Assembly: GCF_003334255.1 (NCBI RefSeq)
Contig: NZ_QOWU01000023.1
Strand: one strand, 5' to 3'
Origin: Escherichia coli
Lineage (GTDB): Bacteria; Pseudomonadota; Gammaproteobacteria; Enterobacterales; Enterobacteriaceae
Length of the DNA stretch: 64,000 bases
Shown: positions 1-12,368 of the stretch, one piece after another
How the letters are laid out: each line of letters begins with the position of its first letter
Numbering within the stretch: the stretch's first letter is position 1
Translations under genes and position numbers: made by a program
The notes under the pieces: model-generated
Seen by the model: the letters and a program-made list of their open reading frames with translations, nothing else
Databases searched by the model: none
What the model was told of the DNA's origin: nothing

Positions 1-462
1 GCGGCGCTGATCGTCGCCACGGCGATTGTGCTTATCTATAGCTGGGTTCGCTTTCGTAAGGTTGAGAAGATGGCCCTGATCACTTTTGTTCTGGTGGTCG
101 TCTTCGGTGGCTTGACGCTGTTCTTCCACAATGATGAGTTTATTAAATGGAAGGTTACAGTCATTTATGCTCTATTTGCGGGAGCCCTGTTAGTCAGCCA
201 ATGGGTGATGAAAAAGCCGCTAATTCAGCGGATGCTGGGTAAAGAACTCACGCTGCCGCAACCGGTATGGTCGAAGCTGAATCTGGCCTGGGCTGTTTTC
301 TTTATCCTTTGCGGTCTGGCAAACATCTACATCGCATTCTGGCTGCCGCAAAATATTTGGGTCAACTTTAAAGTCTTTGGCCTGACCGCCCTTACCTTAA
401 TCTTCACATTGTTAAGCGGTATCTATATCTACCGCCACATGCCGCAGGAAGATAAATCCTAA
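1..462 (+). CDS. yciB: Intracellular septation protein A (YciB), N-terminus cut by window edge
   Basis: Reading frame open from position 1; hydrophobic polytopic membrane protein; synteny with yciA and tonB. Confidence 0.8.
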   Translation, partial: AALIVATAIVLIYSWVRFRKVEKMALITFVLVVVFGGLTLFFHNDEFIKWKVTVIYALFAGALLVSQWVMKKPLIQRMLGKELTLPQPVWSKLNLAWAVFFILCGLANIYIAFWLPQNIWVNFKVFGLTALTLIFTLLSGIYIYRHMPQEDKS

Positions 463-566
463 CCAGACTGCCAGTCCTTCGGGGCTGGCGCTGTATCTCC
501 TCTGTTCTCCTCAGGAAAATCATAGTAGCATCGCGCCTGTGATTTTCCTTTTAAGTCGGTTTTACC

Positions 567-965
567 ATGTCTACAACACATAACGTCCCTCAGGGCGATC
601 TTGTTTTACGTACTTTAGCCATGCCCGCCGATACCAATGCCAATGGTGACATCTTTGGTGGTTGGTTAATGTCACAAATGGATATTGGCGGCGCTATTCT
701 GGCAAAAGAAATTGCCCACGGTCGCGTAGTGACTGTGCGGGTTGAAGGAATGACTTTCTTACGGCCGGTTGCGGTCGGCGATGTGGTGTGCTGCTATGCA
801 CGCTGTGTCCAGAAAGGGACGACATCGGTCAGCATTAATATTGAAGTGTGGGTGAAAAAAGTAGCGTCTGAACCAATTGGGCAACGCTATAAAGCGACAG
901 AAGCATTATTTAAGTATGTCGCGGTTGATCCTGAAGGAAAACCTCGCGCCTTACCTGTTGAGTAA
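567..965 (+). CDS. yciA: Acyl-CoA thioester hydrolase YciA (hotdog fold)
   Basis: 132 aa ORF, recognised sequence, position next to tonB. Confidence 0.9.
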   Translation: MSTTHNVPQGDLVLRTLAMPADTNANGDIFGGWLMSQMDIGGAILAKEIAHGRVVTVRVEGMTFLRPVAVGDVVCCYARCVQKGTTSVSINIEVWVKKVASEPIGQRYKATEALFKYVAVDPEGKPRALPVE

Positions 966-967
966 TA

Positions 968-997
968 GTCAAAAGCCTCCGGTCGGAGGCTTTTGAC
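968..997. terminator. Bidirectional rho-independent terminator between convergent yciA and tonB
   Basis: Palindrome gtcaaaagcctccggtcggaggcttttgac: GC stem flanked by A-run on one side and T-run on the other. Confidence 0.7.
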
Positions 998-1004
998 TTT
1001 CTGC

Positions 1005-1724
1005 TTACTGAATTTCGGTGGTGCCGTTAATTTTAAACAGGATATTCACCACAATCCCACTGCCTGGCTTACCCGGCTCATAACGCCATCTGCGCATCGC
1101 ATTTTTCACCTCACGCTCAAACATGTTCGCAGGCTTGGCTGAGAGGATTTGTACGTTATCCACGCGACCATCCGGCGTAACGTCAAATTTAACTTTAACC
1201 TGCCCTTCAATGCGCAATGCCTGTGCTCGTGCCGGATACTGCGGCTGATTACGGCTTAATGCGCGTGGTCCTGAAGCCACACTGGTAACCGGCTTGCTGG
1301 TTGCAGCCGTTGCTGTACTTGATGTCAGGCGTGCCGGTGCCGTATTTTCAAACGGTGATGCCGGACGCGACTCTACGGGTTTGACATCGCGTTTTGGCTG
1401 CTCCTGTACCTTTTTCACCGGCTTCGGTTTTGGCTTAGGTTTCGGCTTCGGCTTTTCAATGACCACCGGTGCTTCTTTTGGCGGTTCGGGGATCGGCTCA
1501 GGTTCCGGTTCTGGCTCTACCACCGGCTCCGGTGGCGGCTGAACGGCTTGTGGCGGTTCGAGATCAGCAGGCGTAACCATCGTGACAGAAATCGGCTGCG
1601 CAGGCGCAGGTAGTTCAATAACCTGATGTACCGAGGTATAGAGCAGACCCGCCACAACAGCACCATGAATGCAGACCGAAAGTAACGTCGGCCAGGGGAA
1701 GCGGCGAGGTAAATCAAGGGTCAT
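1005..1724 (-). CDS. tonB: TonB energy transducer (239 aa; track ORF is N-terminally extended)
   Basis: Starts MTLDLPRRFPWPTLLSV; (EP)n and (KP)n proline-rich repeats; C-terminal domain. Confidence 0.92.
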   Translation of the reverse strand: MTLDLPRRFPWPTLLSVCIHGAVVAGLLYTSVHQVIELPAPAQPISVTMVTPADLEPPQAVQPPPEPVVEPEPEPEPIPEPPKEAPVVIEKPKPKPKPKPKPVKKVQEQPKRDVKPVESRPASPFENTAPARLTSSTATAATSKPVTSVASGPRALSRNQPQYPARAQALRIEGQVKVKFDVTPDGRVDNVQILSAKPANMFEREVKNAMRRWRYEPGKPGSGIVVNILFKINGTTEIQ

Positions 1725-1767
1725 TGAAGTCATAATCATTTCAGTAGAAAAACCAGGTCTCGATTTT

Positions 1768-1792
1768 AAATGCAAATAGCAATCATATTCAA
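1768..1792 (-). promoter_or_regulatory. Probable Fur box overlapping the tonB promoter
   Basis: On the minus strand tgaatatgattgctatttgcatt resembles the GATAATGATAATCATTATC consensus, about 45-70 bp upstream of the tonB ATG. Confidence 0.45.
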
Positions 1793-1947
1793 TAAGGCAA
1801 GACGATCAGGATCAGTGAAAATGTCATTTTTGGCGTAATTACCCTTACTTTATGCATGGCCTTAACAAAGACATCATCTTTCCGTTGCAGATCTTCGCCC
1901 TTTCAAATAACGTACTTTACAACTTTCCCGAACAAGGAGTTGTGCCC

Positions 1948-2244
1948 GTGTTGTATGTTATTTACGCTCAAGACAAAGCTGATAGCCTCGAAAAACGCCT
2001 TTCCGTTCGTCCGGCACATTTAGCACGTTTACAGTTACTGCATGATGAAGGTCGTTTGTTGACAGCTGGTCCAATGCCAGCGGTAGACAGTAACGATCCA
2101 GGGGCTGCGGGATTTACTGGCTCAACCGTTATTGCTGAATTTGAATCGCTGGAAGCAGCTCAGGCCTGGGCCGATGCTGACCCGTACGTAGCGGCAGGAG
2201 TCTATGAACACGTTTCAGTGAAACCATTTAAGAAAGTGTTCTGA
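1948..2244 (+). CDS. yciI: YciI-like protein (98 aa), GTG start
   Basis: AGGAG Shine-Dalgarno at 1935-1939 before GTG at 1948; divergent from tonB. Confidence 0.8.
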
Positions 2245-2543
2245 ATAGAGATTCAATATTTAAGGGCACGGTTTTTGCAACCGTGTTCTTGTTTGGCCTT
2301 TCCTTATAGCCGGTCAGTGCATTCACCACCACAAGCAGATAATAACTTTATCTGTATTTCTTTATATGATGTGAGCATATTCAGGAAAAATGACCTTTCC
2401 TGAGGTACAGTTGCTCGCTCAAATCCTTTGATTACTGCGGATAAAGTCATCTACTATTGTTTAACACATTCACGCGCTGCATGTATGTTCAGAAAATGTG
2501 CACGCTAAGATAATTAAACAAAATTGTGGTTACAGAGGTATCA

Positions 2544-3797
2544 GTGAGTCACTGGGCTACATTCAAACAAACAGCAACAAATTTATGGGTGACCCTTCGG
2601 CACGACATTCTCGCGCTGGCCGTCTTTTTAAATGGATTGCTTATTTTTAAAACAATCTATGGTATGTCGGTCAATTTGCTTGATATTTTCCATATCAAAG
2701 CATTTTCAGAGTTGGATCTCTCCTTGCTGGCAAACGCCCCACTCTTTATGCTCGGCGTCTTTCTTGTCCTGAACTCCATTGGCTTACTGTTCCGGGCAAA
2801 GCTCGCATGGGCAATCAGTATCATTTTGTTGTTGATAGCGCTAATTTACACCCTGCATTTTTATCCCTGGCTGAAATTTAGTATTGGATTTTGCATTTTT
2901 ACGCTGGTGTTTTTGCTGATACTGCGCAAAGACTTCTCCCACAGTAGCGCCGCAGCCGGGACAATTTTTGCATTTATTAGTTTCACGACATTACTGTTTT
3001 ACTCAACCTACGGTGCGCTTTATTTAAGCGAAGGTTTTAATCCGCGAATAGAAAGTTTGATGACCGCGTTCTATTTTTCGATAGAAACCATGTCAACCGT
3101 CGGCTATGGCGATATTGTCCCTGTTTCTGAATCAGCACGATTGTTCACTATTTCGGTCATTATTTCCGGCATTACCGTTTTTGCCACATCTATGACCTCA
3201 ATTTTTGGTCCGCTTATCCGCGGAGGATTCAACAAACTTGTAAAAGGAAACAATCATACAATGCATCGTAAAGATCATTTTATTGTTTGCGGACATTCGA
3301 TTCTCGCCATCAATACGATCCTGCAACTGAATCAACGCGGACAAAACGTAACGGTTATCAGCAACTTGCCTGAAGATGATATCAAGCAACTTGAGCAACG
3401 CTTAGGCGATAATGCTGATGTTATCCCCGGTGACAGTAATGACAGTTCTGTATTAAAGAAAGCGGGAATCGATCGTTGCCGGGCCATTCTGGCGCTGAGT
3501 GATAACGATGCAGATAACGCGTTTGTTGTACTCTCGGCAAAAGATATGAGCAGTGATGTCAAAACAGTTCTCGCCGTCAGTGATAGCAAAAACCTGAATA
3601 AGATTAAGATGGTACATCCGGATATCATTCTCTCACCGCAACTGTTTGGCAGCGAAATTCTGGCGCGAGTTTTAAATGGTGAAGAGATTAATAATGATAT
3701 GCTCGTTTCAATGTTGTTGAACTCAGGTCATGGTATTTTCAGCGATAACGATGAACTAGAAACGAAAGCTGACAGTAAAGAATCGGCGCAAAAATAG
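2544..3797 (+). CDS. kch: Voltage-gated K+ channel Kch (417 aa), GTG start
   Basis: K+ selectivity filter TVGYGD; C-terminal RCK/Rossmann domain (HFIVCGHSILA). Confidence 0.88.
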   Translation: MSHWATFKQTATNLWVTLRHDILALAVFLNGLLIFKTIYGMSVNLLDIFHIKAFSELDLSLLANAPLFMLGVFLVLNSIGLLFRAKLAWAISIILLLIALIYTLHFYPWLKFSIGFCIFTLVFLLILRKDFSHSSAAAGTIFAFISFTTLLFYSTYGALYLSEGFNPRIESLMTAFYFSIETMSTVGYGDIVPVSESARLFTISVIISGITVFATSMTSIFGPLIRGGFNKLVKGNNHTMHRKDHFIVCGHSILAINTILQLNQRGQNVTVISNLPEDDIKQLEQRLGDNADVIPGDSNDSSVLKKAGIDRCRAILALSDNDADNAFVVLSAKDMSSDVKTVLAVSDSKNLNKIKMVHPDIILSPQLFGSEILARVLNGEEINNDMLVSMLLNSGHGIFSDNDELETKADSKESAQK

Positions 3798-4167
3798 AGT
3801 TTAAAGACGGAAGAGTAAACTTATTGGGCACCGCAATGGTGCCCAGTACATTTAGATATTGTAGATCGCAAACAATAACGAGTTACGCTGTTTGTTTAGA
3901 ATGCACTTCCTGATGCTGTGGATACGCATATTTCGGCGCGATTGCCCCTCAAGCCAACGCGATTTACGTCGGCTAGCCTGACGCTGCATGCGCCAGCGCC
4001 CCACTTCCGTTCTACTCCGCTTCATGTTAACTACTCTATGCAATAACAGAATGGTCATTATACCCCCACCCCCGACGCTGACCAGTGCTTTTCCCGCGTT
4101 TTTATTTGCCAGATGAATCCATATGCGTAAACTCATAACAATGCGCTTTCAAAAGGATTTCTAATCT

Positions 4168-5992
<1,825 letters not shown>

Positions 5993-6044
5993 ATAATCGC
6001 TTTTAGCGTGAAAAAGGGCTGACAACTGTCAGCCCTTATTGTTT

Positions 6045-7049
6045 TTAAAGCGGATCGACTTTCAGGCAAGAAACGGCGTGTCTGAAACTCCCCTCCAGAA
6101 CAGGACGTGTTTTGGCGCACTCTGGACCGGCAATCGGGCAACGGGTACGGAAAACACAACCGGAAGGCGGGTTGATCGGCGACGGTAATTCCCCTTCCAG
6201 TAACTGGATGGTTTTGTTCTTCTCCAGATCCGGATCAGGTATGGGGACTGCCGACATCAATGCCCTGGTGTAAGGATGTAGTGGATTGTGGTAGACCTCA
6301 TCATAGGTCCCCAGTTCTACCGCATGGCCGAGATACATCACCAACACACGATCGGAAATGTGTTTTACCACGGCCAGGTCATGAGCGATAAAAATTAATG
6401 ACAATCCCATCTCACGTTGCAATTGCTGGAGCAGGTTGACCACCTGTGCCTGAATTGACACGTCCAGCGCCGACACCGGCTCATCACAGATAATCAGCTT
6501 CGGTTCAAGAATAAGAGCACGCGCAATCCCGATACGCTGGCACTGCCCACCAGAGAACTCATGCGGATAGCGGTTAATCAGGTTAGGCAATAACCCGACT
6601 TTCAGCATCATCGCCTTCACGCGCTCGCGAACTTCCTGGCGTGACATTTTCGGATGATAAGTACGCAGTGGTTCAGCGATGATCTCGCCGATGGTCATAC
6701 GCGGGTTTAGCGATGCCAACGGATCCTGGAAAATCATCTGAATATCACTGCGAACGGCACGCCATTCATCGGGTTTCATGCCCAGCAACTCTTTACCTAA
6801 CCAGGCAACATGACCGTCGGTCGCCTTGACCAAACCGATGATGGCGCGAGCAAAGGTGGACTTACCGCATCCCGATTCCCCTACCACACCTAATGTTTCC
6901 CCTTCATACAGGCGAAGAGTGACACCATCGACGGCTTTGAGCGTTTTCGGCGGTTGCCAGAACCACTGTTTGCCATCTTTGATTTCAAAGTGCACTTTAA
7001 GATCGGCGATTTCAAGGAGGACTTTTCTTCCTTCAGTTACAGCATTCAT
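6045..7049 (-). CDS. oppF: Oligopeptide ABC transporter ATPase OppF
   Basis: Walker A GESGCGKS, ABC signature FSGGQCQR; last gene of opp operon. Confidence 0.92.
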   Translation of the reverse strand: MNAVTEGRKVLLEIADLKVHFEIKDGKQWFWQPPKTLKAVDGVTLRLYEGETLGVVGESGCGKSTFARAIIGLVKATDGHVAWLGKELLGMKPDEWRAVRSDIQMIFQDPLASLNPRMTIGEIIAEPLRTYHPKMSRQEVRERVKAMMLKVGLLPNLINRYPHEFSGGQCQRIGIARALILEPKLIICDEPVSALDVSIQAQVVNLLQQLQREMGLSLIFIAHDLAVVKHISDRVLVMYLGHAVELGTYDEVYHNPLHPYTRALMSAVPIPDPDLEKNKTIQLLEGELPSPINPPSGCVFRTRCPIAGPECAKTRPVLEGSFRHAVSCLKVDPL

Positions 7050-8059
7050 AACAGTTCCTCCACCGGTTTAAAGCAAGCACGCAGACGGCCAGGCGTAAAC
7101 TCTTCCAGCGGCGGTGCGCTACTACAAATTTCCATCGCATGCGGACAACGTGGCTGGAACGGGCAACCTTTCGGTAATCGCAGCAGGTTTGGCGGATTAC
7201 CCGGGATGGTCAACATTGTTTCACCTTCCGCATCGAGACGCGGCACCGCGTTGAGCAAACCGATAGAATAAGGATGAACGGGTTGATAAAAGACATCGCG
7301 CGCGTTGCCATATTCCATCGTGCGCCCGGCGTACATTACCAGCACTTTGTCGCAGATCCCCGCCACCACGCCAAGATCGTGGGTGATCATAATGATGGCG
7401 GTATTAAATTCCCGCTTCAGTTCATTTAATAGCGTCATGATCTGCGCCTGTACGGTGACGTCCAGCGCAGTTGTTGGTTCATCCGCAATCAGCAGCTTAG
7501 GTCGACATAACAAGGCCATCGCAATCATGACTCGCTGACGCATGCCGCCAGAAAATTCGTGCGGGTACATTTTCATGCGTTTACGCGCTTCCGGCATTTT
7601 TACCGCATCGAGCATCCGCACCGACTCTTCAAACGCCTCAGCTTTGCTCATGTTCTTATGCAGCATCAGCACTTCCATCAACTGCTCACCGACGCGCATA
7701 TAGGGATTCAACGAAGTCATTGGGTCCTGAAAAATCATTGAGATTTGTTCAGCGCGCAGTTTATTGAGTTCATGCTCTGGCAAATTGAGGATTTCACGCC
7801 CATTGAAGGTTGCCGATCCGCCAATACGTCCGTTGGCAGCCAACAGGCCCATCAACGCAAATGCAGTTTGCGATTTACCCGAACCAGACTCACCTACAAT
7901 ACCCAGCGTTTCTCCGGCACGTAGGGAAAAATTCAAATCATTGACCGCCGTGACGTCGCCGTCCGGGGTACTAAAGGTGACACGCAAATCTTTCACGTTC
8001 AGCAGTGCGTCAGCCTGTTGTTGTGCGAGCGGCACAGTTGCAGTTTCAATTACGCTCAT
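7046..8059 (-). CDS. oppD: Oligopeptide ABC transporter ATPase OppD
   Basis: Walker A GESGSGKS, signature FSGGMRQR; 4-nt overlap with oppF. Confidence 0.92.
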   Translation of the reverse strand: MSVIETATVPLAQQQADALLNVKDLRVTFSTPDGDVTAVNDLNFSLRAGETLGIVGESGSGKSQTAFALMGLLAANGRIGGSATFNGREILNLPEHELNKLRAEQISMIFQDPMTSLNPYMRVGEQLMEVLMLHKNMSKAEAFEESVRMLDAVKMPEARKRMKMYPHEFSGGMRQRVMIAMALLCRPKLLIADEPTTALDVTVQAQIMTLLNELKREFNTAIIMITHDLGVVAGICDKVLVMYAGRTMEYGNARDVFYQPVHPYSIGLLNAVPRLDAEGETMLTIPGNPPNLLRLPKGCPFQPRCPHAMEICSSAPPLEEFTPGRLRACFKPVEELL

Positions 8060-8070
8060 GGCTGCACTCC

Positions 8071-8979
8071 TTAACGATCTTTCGGGTCGAGGGCATCACG
8101 CAAGCCATCGCCGATAAAGTTGAAACAAAACAGCGTCACCACGAGGAATCCCGCTGGGAACAACAATAACCATGGAGAGACTTCCATCGAGTTCGCGCCA
8201 TCACTCAGCAATGCACCCCAGCTGCTTAACGGCTCTTGCGTACCCAACCCCAGGAAGCTAAGGAAAGATTCAAAGAGGATCATGCTGGGCACCAGAAGTG
8301 ATGCGTAGACCACCACCACACCGAGTACATTCGGCACAATGTGGCGAATAACAATGCCCGATGTCGATACACCGCCAACTTGTGCCGCCTCAATAAACTC
8401 TTTGCGCTTCAGACTCAGGGTTTGCCCACGCACAATACGAGCCATATCCAGCCAGGAAACCATGCCTATCGCCACGAAAATCAGCAGGATGTTTTGACCG
8501 AAAAAGGTCACCAGCAAAATGACGAAGAACATGAATGGGAAGGAGTTGAGGATTTCCAGCAGACGCATCATTACCGAATCCACTTTACCGCCCAGATAAC
8601 CGGAAAGCGAACCATAAAGTGTCCCGACGACCACAGCCACCAGTGCCGCAGCAACACCGACCATGAGTGAGATACGCCCGCCAATCGCAACGCGCACAAG
8701 CAGGTCGCGACCGGATGAGTCAGTACCAAAGTAGTGACCGGACTCCATATCCGGGGCGCTGGACATCATCGCCCAGTCAGTATCGTCATAGGCAAACTGG
8801 GAAAGCATCGGTGCCAGGATTACAAATAACGCGATCAGCACCAGCACTATCAGACTGGCAACCGCCGCACGGTTATGCATAAAACGTCGACGTGCGTCCT
8901 GCCACAAGCTGCGCCCTTCGACCTCCAGCTTTTCACTGAAATTTTCCAGCGTCTCGCTGTTTTTCTTACTTAACATCAT
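8071..8979 (-). CDS. oppC: Oligopeptide ABC transporter permease OppC
   Basis: 302 aa polytopic permease in opp operon. Confidence 0.92.
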   Translation of the reverse strand: MMLSKKNSETLENFSEKLEVEGRSLWQDARRRFMHNRAAVASLIVLVLIALFVILAPMLSQFAYDDTDWAMMSSAPDMESGHYFGTDSSGRDLLVRVAIGGRISLMVGVAAALVAVVVGTLYGSLSGYLGGKVDSVMMRLLEILNSFPFMFFVILLVTFFGQNILLIFVAIGMVSWLDMARIVRGQTLSLKRKEFIEAAQVGGVSTSGIVIRHIVPNVLGVVVVYASLLVPSMILFESFLSFLGLGTQEPLSSWGALLSDGANSMEVSPWLLLFPAGFLVVTLFCFNFIGDGLRDALDPKDR

Positions 8980-8993
8980 CGCGAGCTCCAGTA

Positions 8994-9914
8994 TCAGTAA
9001 CGGATTTTCGGGTCGATAACCGCATATAGCACATCGACAATGGCATTAAACAAAATGGTTAAAGCACCAACCAGGATGGTCAGGCTTAACACTAAGGAAT
9101 AGTCACGGTTCAATGCGCCATTAACGAACAGTTGTCCAATCCCCGGCAAACCATAAATGGTTTCGATAACCATAGAACCGGTAATAATGCCGACAAATGC
9201 GGGGCCCATATAAGAGAGCACGGGTAACAGAGCAGGTTTTAATGCGTGACGTAAAATGATCCGCCGCATAGGTAACCCTTTCGCCCGGGCAGTACGAATA
9301 AAATTGGAGTGTAATACTTCAATCATAGAGCCACGGGTAATACGCGCAATACTGGCGATATAAGCGAGTGACAACGCCACCATCGGCAATATCATGAATT
9401 TAAGCGCCCCACCATTCCAGCCACCGCCCGGCAGCCAATGCAAAATGATCGCAAATATCATGACTAATAATGGTGCAACCACAAAACTGGGGATAACAAC
9501 CCCGGTCATTGCCAGCCCCATCACGGTATAGTCCCATTTGGTGTTTTGTTTTAATGCGGCAATAACGCCAGCACTAACACCCAGTATTACCGCAAGGAAA
9601 AATGCTGCGGCTCCCAGTTTGGCAGAAACGGGAAAACTGGATGCAACCAAGTCATTGACCGAATAATCTTTATATTTAAACGATGGACCGAAATCACCGT
9701 GCGCCAGTTGTTTCAGGTAGCTGAAATACTGTGTCATGATCGGATCATTAAGATGATATTTCGCTTCGATATTGGCCATCACTTCTGGCGGTAAAGTACG
9801 TTCGCCGGTAAAAGGGCTTCCCGGCGCGAGGCGCATCATAAAGAACGAAATAGTAATAAGAATAAATAGCGTCGGAATCGCTTCCAGACAGCGACGTAGA
9901 ATAAATTTTAACAT
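8994..9914 (-). CDS. oppB: Oligopeptide ABC transporter permease OppB
   Basis: 306 aa polytopic permease in opp operon. Confidence 0.92.
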   Translation of the reverse strand: MLKFILRRCLEAIPTLFILITISFFMMRLAPGSPFTGERTLPPEVMANIEAKYHLNDPIMTQYFSYLKQLAHGDFGPSFKYKDYSVNDLVASSFPVSAKLGAAAFFLAVILGVSAGVIAALKQNTKWDYTVMGLAMTGVVIPSFVVAPLLVMIFAIILHWLPGGGWNGGALKFMILPMVALSLAYIASIARITRGSMIEVLHSNFIRTARAKGLPMRRIILRHALKPALLPVLSYMGPAFVGIITGSMVIETIYGLPGIGQLFVNGALNRDYSLVLSLTILVGALTILFNAIVDVLYAVIDPKIRY

Positions 9915-9964
9915 TGCCCTACCTTCTGGCCTGTGCCTTCTGTAATGCGATAAAAATCAGACAC

Positions 9965-9991
9965 CGTGGAGCAGGACACTCCTGCCCCACG
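9965..9991 (-). promoter_or_regulatory. Stable stem-loop in the oppA-oppB intergenic region (likely mRNA stabiliser or partial terminator)
   Basis: Near-perfect GC-rich inverted repeat cgtggagcagg-acact-cctgccccacg just after the oppA stop. Confidence 0.55.
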
Positions 9992-9999
9992 TATTGCCA

Positions 10000-11631
10000 T
10001 TAGTGCTTCACAATGTACATATTCCGGGTATAGGTATTATCCAGCGGATCTTTGCCGGTATAGCCACCAACCCACGGTTTCACCAGACGCGCATTCACGT
10101 AGTAATAAACAGGAACAATGGCCGAATCCTTATCCAGCTGTTGTTCTGCTTTAGTGTACAGAGCTGTGCGCTGCGCCTCGTCAGTCACTTTCAGCGTTTC
10201 CGCCATAATGCTGTCAAAGGCCGGGCTCTTATAATGCGCGGTATTCATCGAGCTGTTCGAAAGCATGGTGTTCAGGAAGGAAGTTGGTTCGTTGTAGTCA
10301 GCACACCAGCCTGCACGGGCCACATCAAAAGTACCCTGGTGACGGGTGTCGAGGAACGTTTTCCACTCCTGGTTAACCAGTTTGACGTTTACACCAATGT
10401 TTTTCTTCCACAATGAAGAGGCAGCAATCGCCAGCTTTTTATGCAGATCGGAGGTGTTATACAACAGGTTGATGGTCAACGGTTTGTCTGCGGTATAACC
10501 CGCTTCAGCCAGCAGTTTTTTCGCTTCTTCGTTACGTTTTTCCTGGCTCCAGCCAAACCATTCTGGCTGAGTCAATTTTGCGCCATCAGTATACGGTGGA
10601 GTGTAACCATAGGCGGGCATGTCGCCCTGCGCTTTCACTTTATTAACAATGATATCGCGGTCCATACCTAGTTTCAGTGCGGTACGCACACGCACATCGT
10701 TGAATGGCGGTTTCTGGTTGTTAATTTCGTAATAGTAAGTGCACAGGTATGGATCAACGTGAACTTCGTCCGGGATCTCTTTTTTCAGCTTCTGGAACAA
10801 TTCGATCGGCATGTTGTTATACGTCATGTCGATTTCACCACTACGGTAGCGGTTGACATCGGTAACTTCAGAAGCAATAGGCAAATAGGTTACCTGGTTA
10901 ATAACGGTTTTCGCGTTGTTCCAGTAGGTCGGGCTGCGTTCAAGAACGATTCGTTCGTTTACGACCCAATCTTTTAAGGTATAGGCACCGTTGGTGACGA
11001 TATTACCAGGCTGGGTCCATTTTTCGCCGAATTTCTCGATAGCGGCTTTTGGCACCGGTGAAGTTGATGGGTGAACAAGTAATTTATAGAAGTACGGAAC
11101 GGGTTCACTTAAGGTGACTTCTAATGTGTGATCATCAATAGCTTTCACGCCGAGATCGGTAATCGGTTTTTTCCCTTCAAGAATTTCATCAATACCGGCG
11201 ATATGCCCATATTGCAGATAACTGGCATACGGAGAAGCAGTGTTCGGATCAACAGAACGTTGCCAGCTATACACAAAGTCTTGTGCTGTGACTGGCGTGC
11301 CATCAGACCATTTCGCATCTTTACGCAAATGGAAGGTCCAGACTTTCGCGTCTTTATTATCCCAGGATTCAGCGACGCCAGGTGCTGGATGACCGTCAAG
11401 ATCGCTGACCAGTAAGCCTTCAAACAGGTCTCGGCTGATATTAGACTCCGGAACACCTTCAATTTTGTGCGGATCTAATGACTGAACTTCTGAACCATTG
11501 TTACGTACCAGTGTTTGTTTTTCCGCCAGTGTGACGCCTGCGGGTACATCAGCTGCCAGCGCGACATTCCCTGCCATTAGCGCAGCCAGAACGCCAGCTG
11601 CTACTAAACTTCTCTTGGTGATGTTGGTCAT
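10000..11631 (-). CDS. oppA: Periplasmic oligopeptide-binding protein OppA (543 aa)
   Basis: Starts MTNITKRSLVAAGVLAALMAGNVALA (signal peptide); the track ORF is extended 24 codons upstream. Confidence 0.92.
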   Translation of the reverse strand: MTNITKRSLVAAGVLAALMAGNVALAADVPAGVTLAEKQTLVRNNGSEVQSLDPHKIEGVPESNISRDLFEGLLVSDLDGHPAPGVAESWDNKDAKVWTFHLRKDAKWSDGTPVTAQDFVYSWQRSVDPNTASPYASYLQYGHIAGIDEILEGKKPITDLGVKAIDDHTLEVTLSEPVPYFYKLLVHPSTSPVPKAAIEKFGEKWTQPGNIVTNGAYTLKDWVVNERIVLERSPTYWNNAKTVINQVTYLPIASEVTDVNRYRSGEIDMTYNNMPIELFQKLKKEIPDEVHVDPYLCTYYYEINNQKPPFNDVRVRTALKLGMDRDIIVNKVKAQGDMPAYGYTPPYTDGAKLTQPEWFGWSQEKRNEEAKKLLAEAGYTADKPLTINLLYNTSDLHKKLAIAASSLWKKNIGVNVKLVNQEWKTFLDTRHQGTFDVARAGWCADYNEPTSFLNTMLSNSSMNTAHYKSPAFDSIMAETLKVTDEAQRTALYTKAEQQLDKDSAIVPVYYYVNARLVKPWVGGYTGKDPLDNTYTRNMYIVKH

Positions 11632-12368
11632 TGTTTTTTGGACTCCCTCATTATAATTACTGGTATTAACCAGCATGTGTAATCCCGGATTGGGACCCTG
11701 CACAGGCTCGGAGACTTTCTGCTGTCAGGTTACTTTATCGTTACGTATTACTATCACCGACTTTATTTATTCTGGTGATTCAGACGATCACCTTATGTCG
11801 ATTCGTACTGTGTCTCCCCTGTCGAGACACATTATTCTTTCGCGACGCTCTTTAATTGTTAATTATTCTCATTACCAATAAAGAATCGTCTGGCGGTTGC
11901 CCGGAAAGTACCAAATGCGGTTCTTACTCGCCAATACATTTTGCAAAATTGTTAAGCAATTCTCTTTTATTGACCGTATCAGAATCTATAGCTTGCATCC
12001 ATGCCTTAACAAACATCTTTCAATTCAATCAAATAGAGATTGGCTAAGCATGTCTATCTTTTCTGATTACAGTTCCAGTAGTGAAATGCACAATAATTTA
12101 ACAATTGATTATTATTTAGCACTTTCCTCTACCAAAGGCAGTGGAATTACTAATATCATTTCAATTATTCTTCAGCAAGCCCAGGATTATGATGTGGCGA
12201 AAATAACATGATGGTGAGGAGAAGCAGTTAAGGAAATCCTTATAACTAACTGTAATTTGAGAAGAATATTTTTACCTATTCCTTTTGCTTTTGATAACTG
12301 CGCGGGAACAAAGTAAAAATAATGACGAAGTAAACGGAGCATGGCAGCTCCGTTTCATTTGAAAGGAA

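Noticed and set aside
1294-1542. 82-aa Gly/Phe/Ser-rich ORF
   Set aside because: Antisense reading of the tonB proline-rich repeat DNA.
3852-4136. 94-aa ORF in the kch-clsA intergenic region
   Set aside because: Arg/Lys-rich low-complexity product in a promoter region, with no ribosome-binding site.
10000-11703. N-terminally extended ORF boundaries in the track (oppA, hemA, chaA, narL, dhaK, dhaL, tonB, prs, rssA, chaC)
   Set aside because: The track reports the longest frame; true starts were placed at the internal ATG or GTG matching the recognisable N-terminus or signal peptide, usually with a Shine-Dalgarno sequence.
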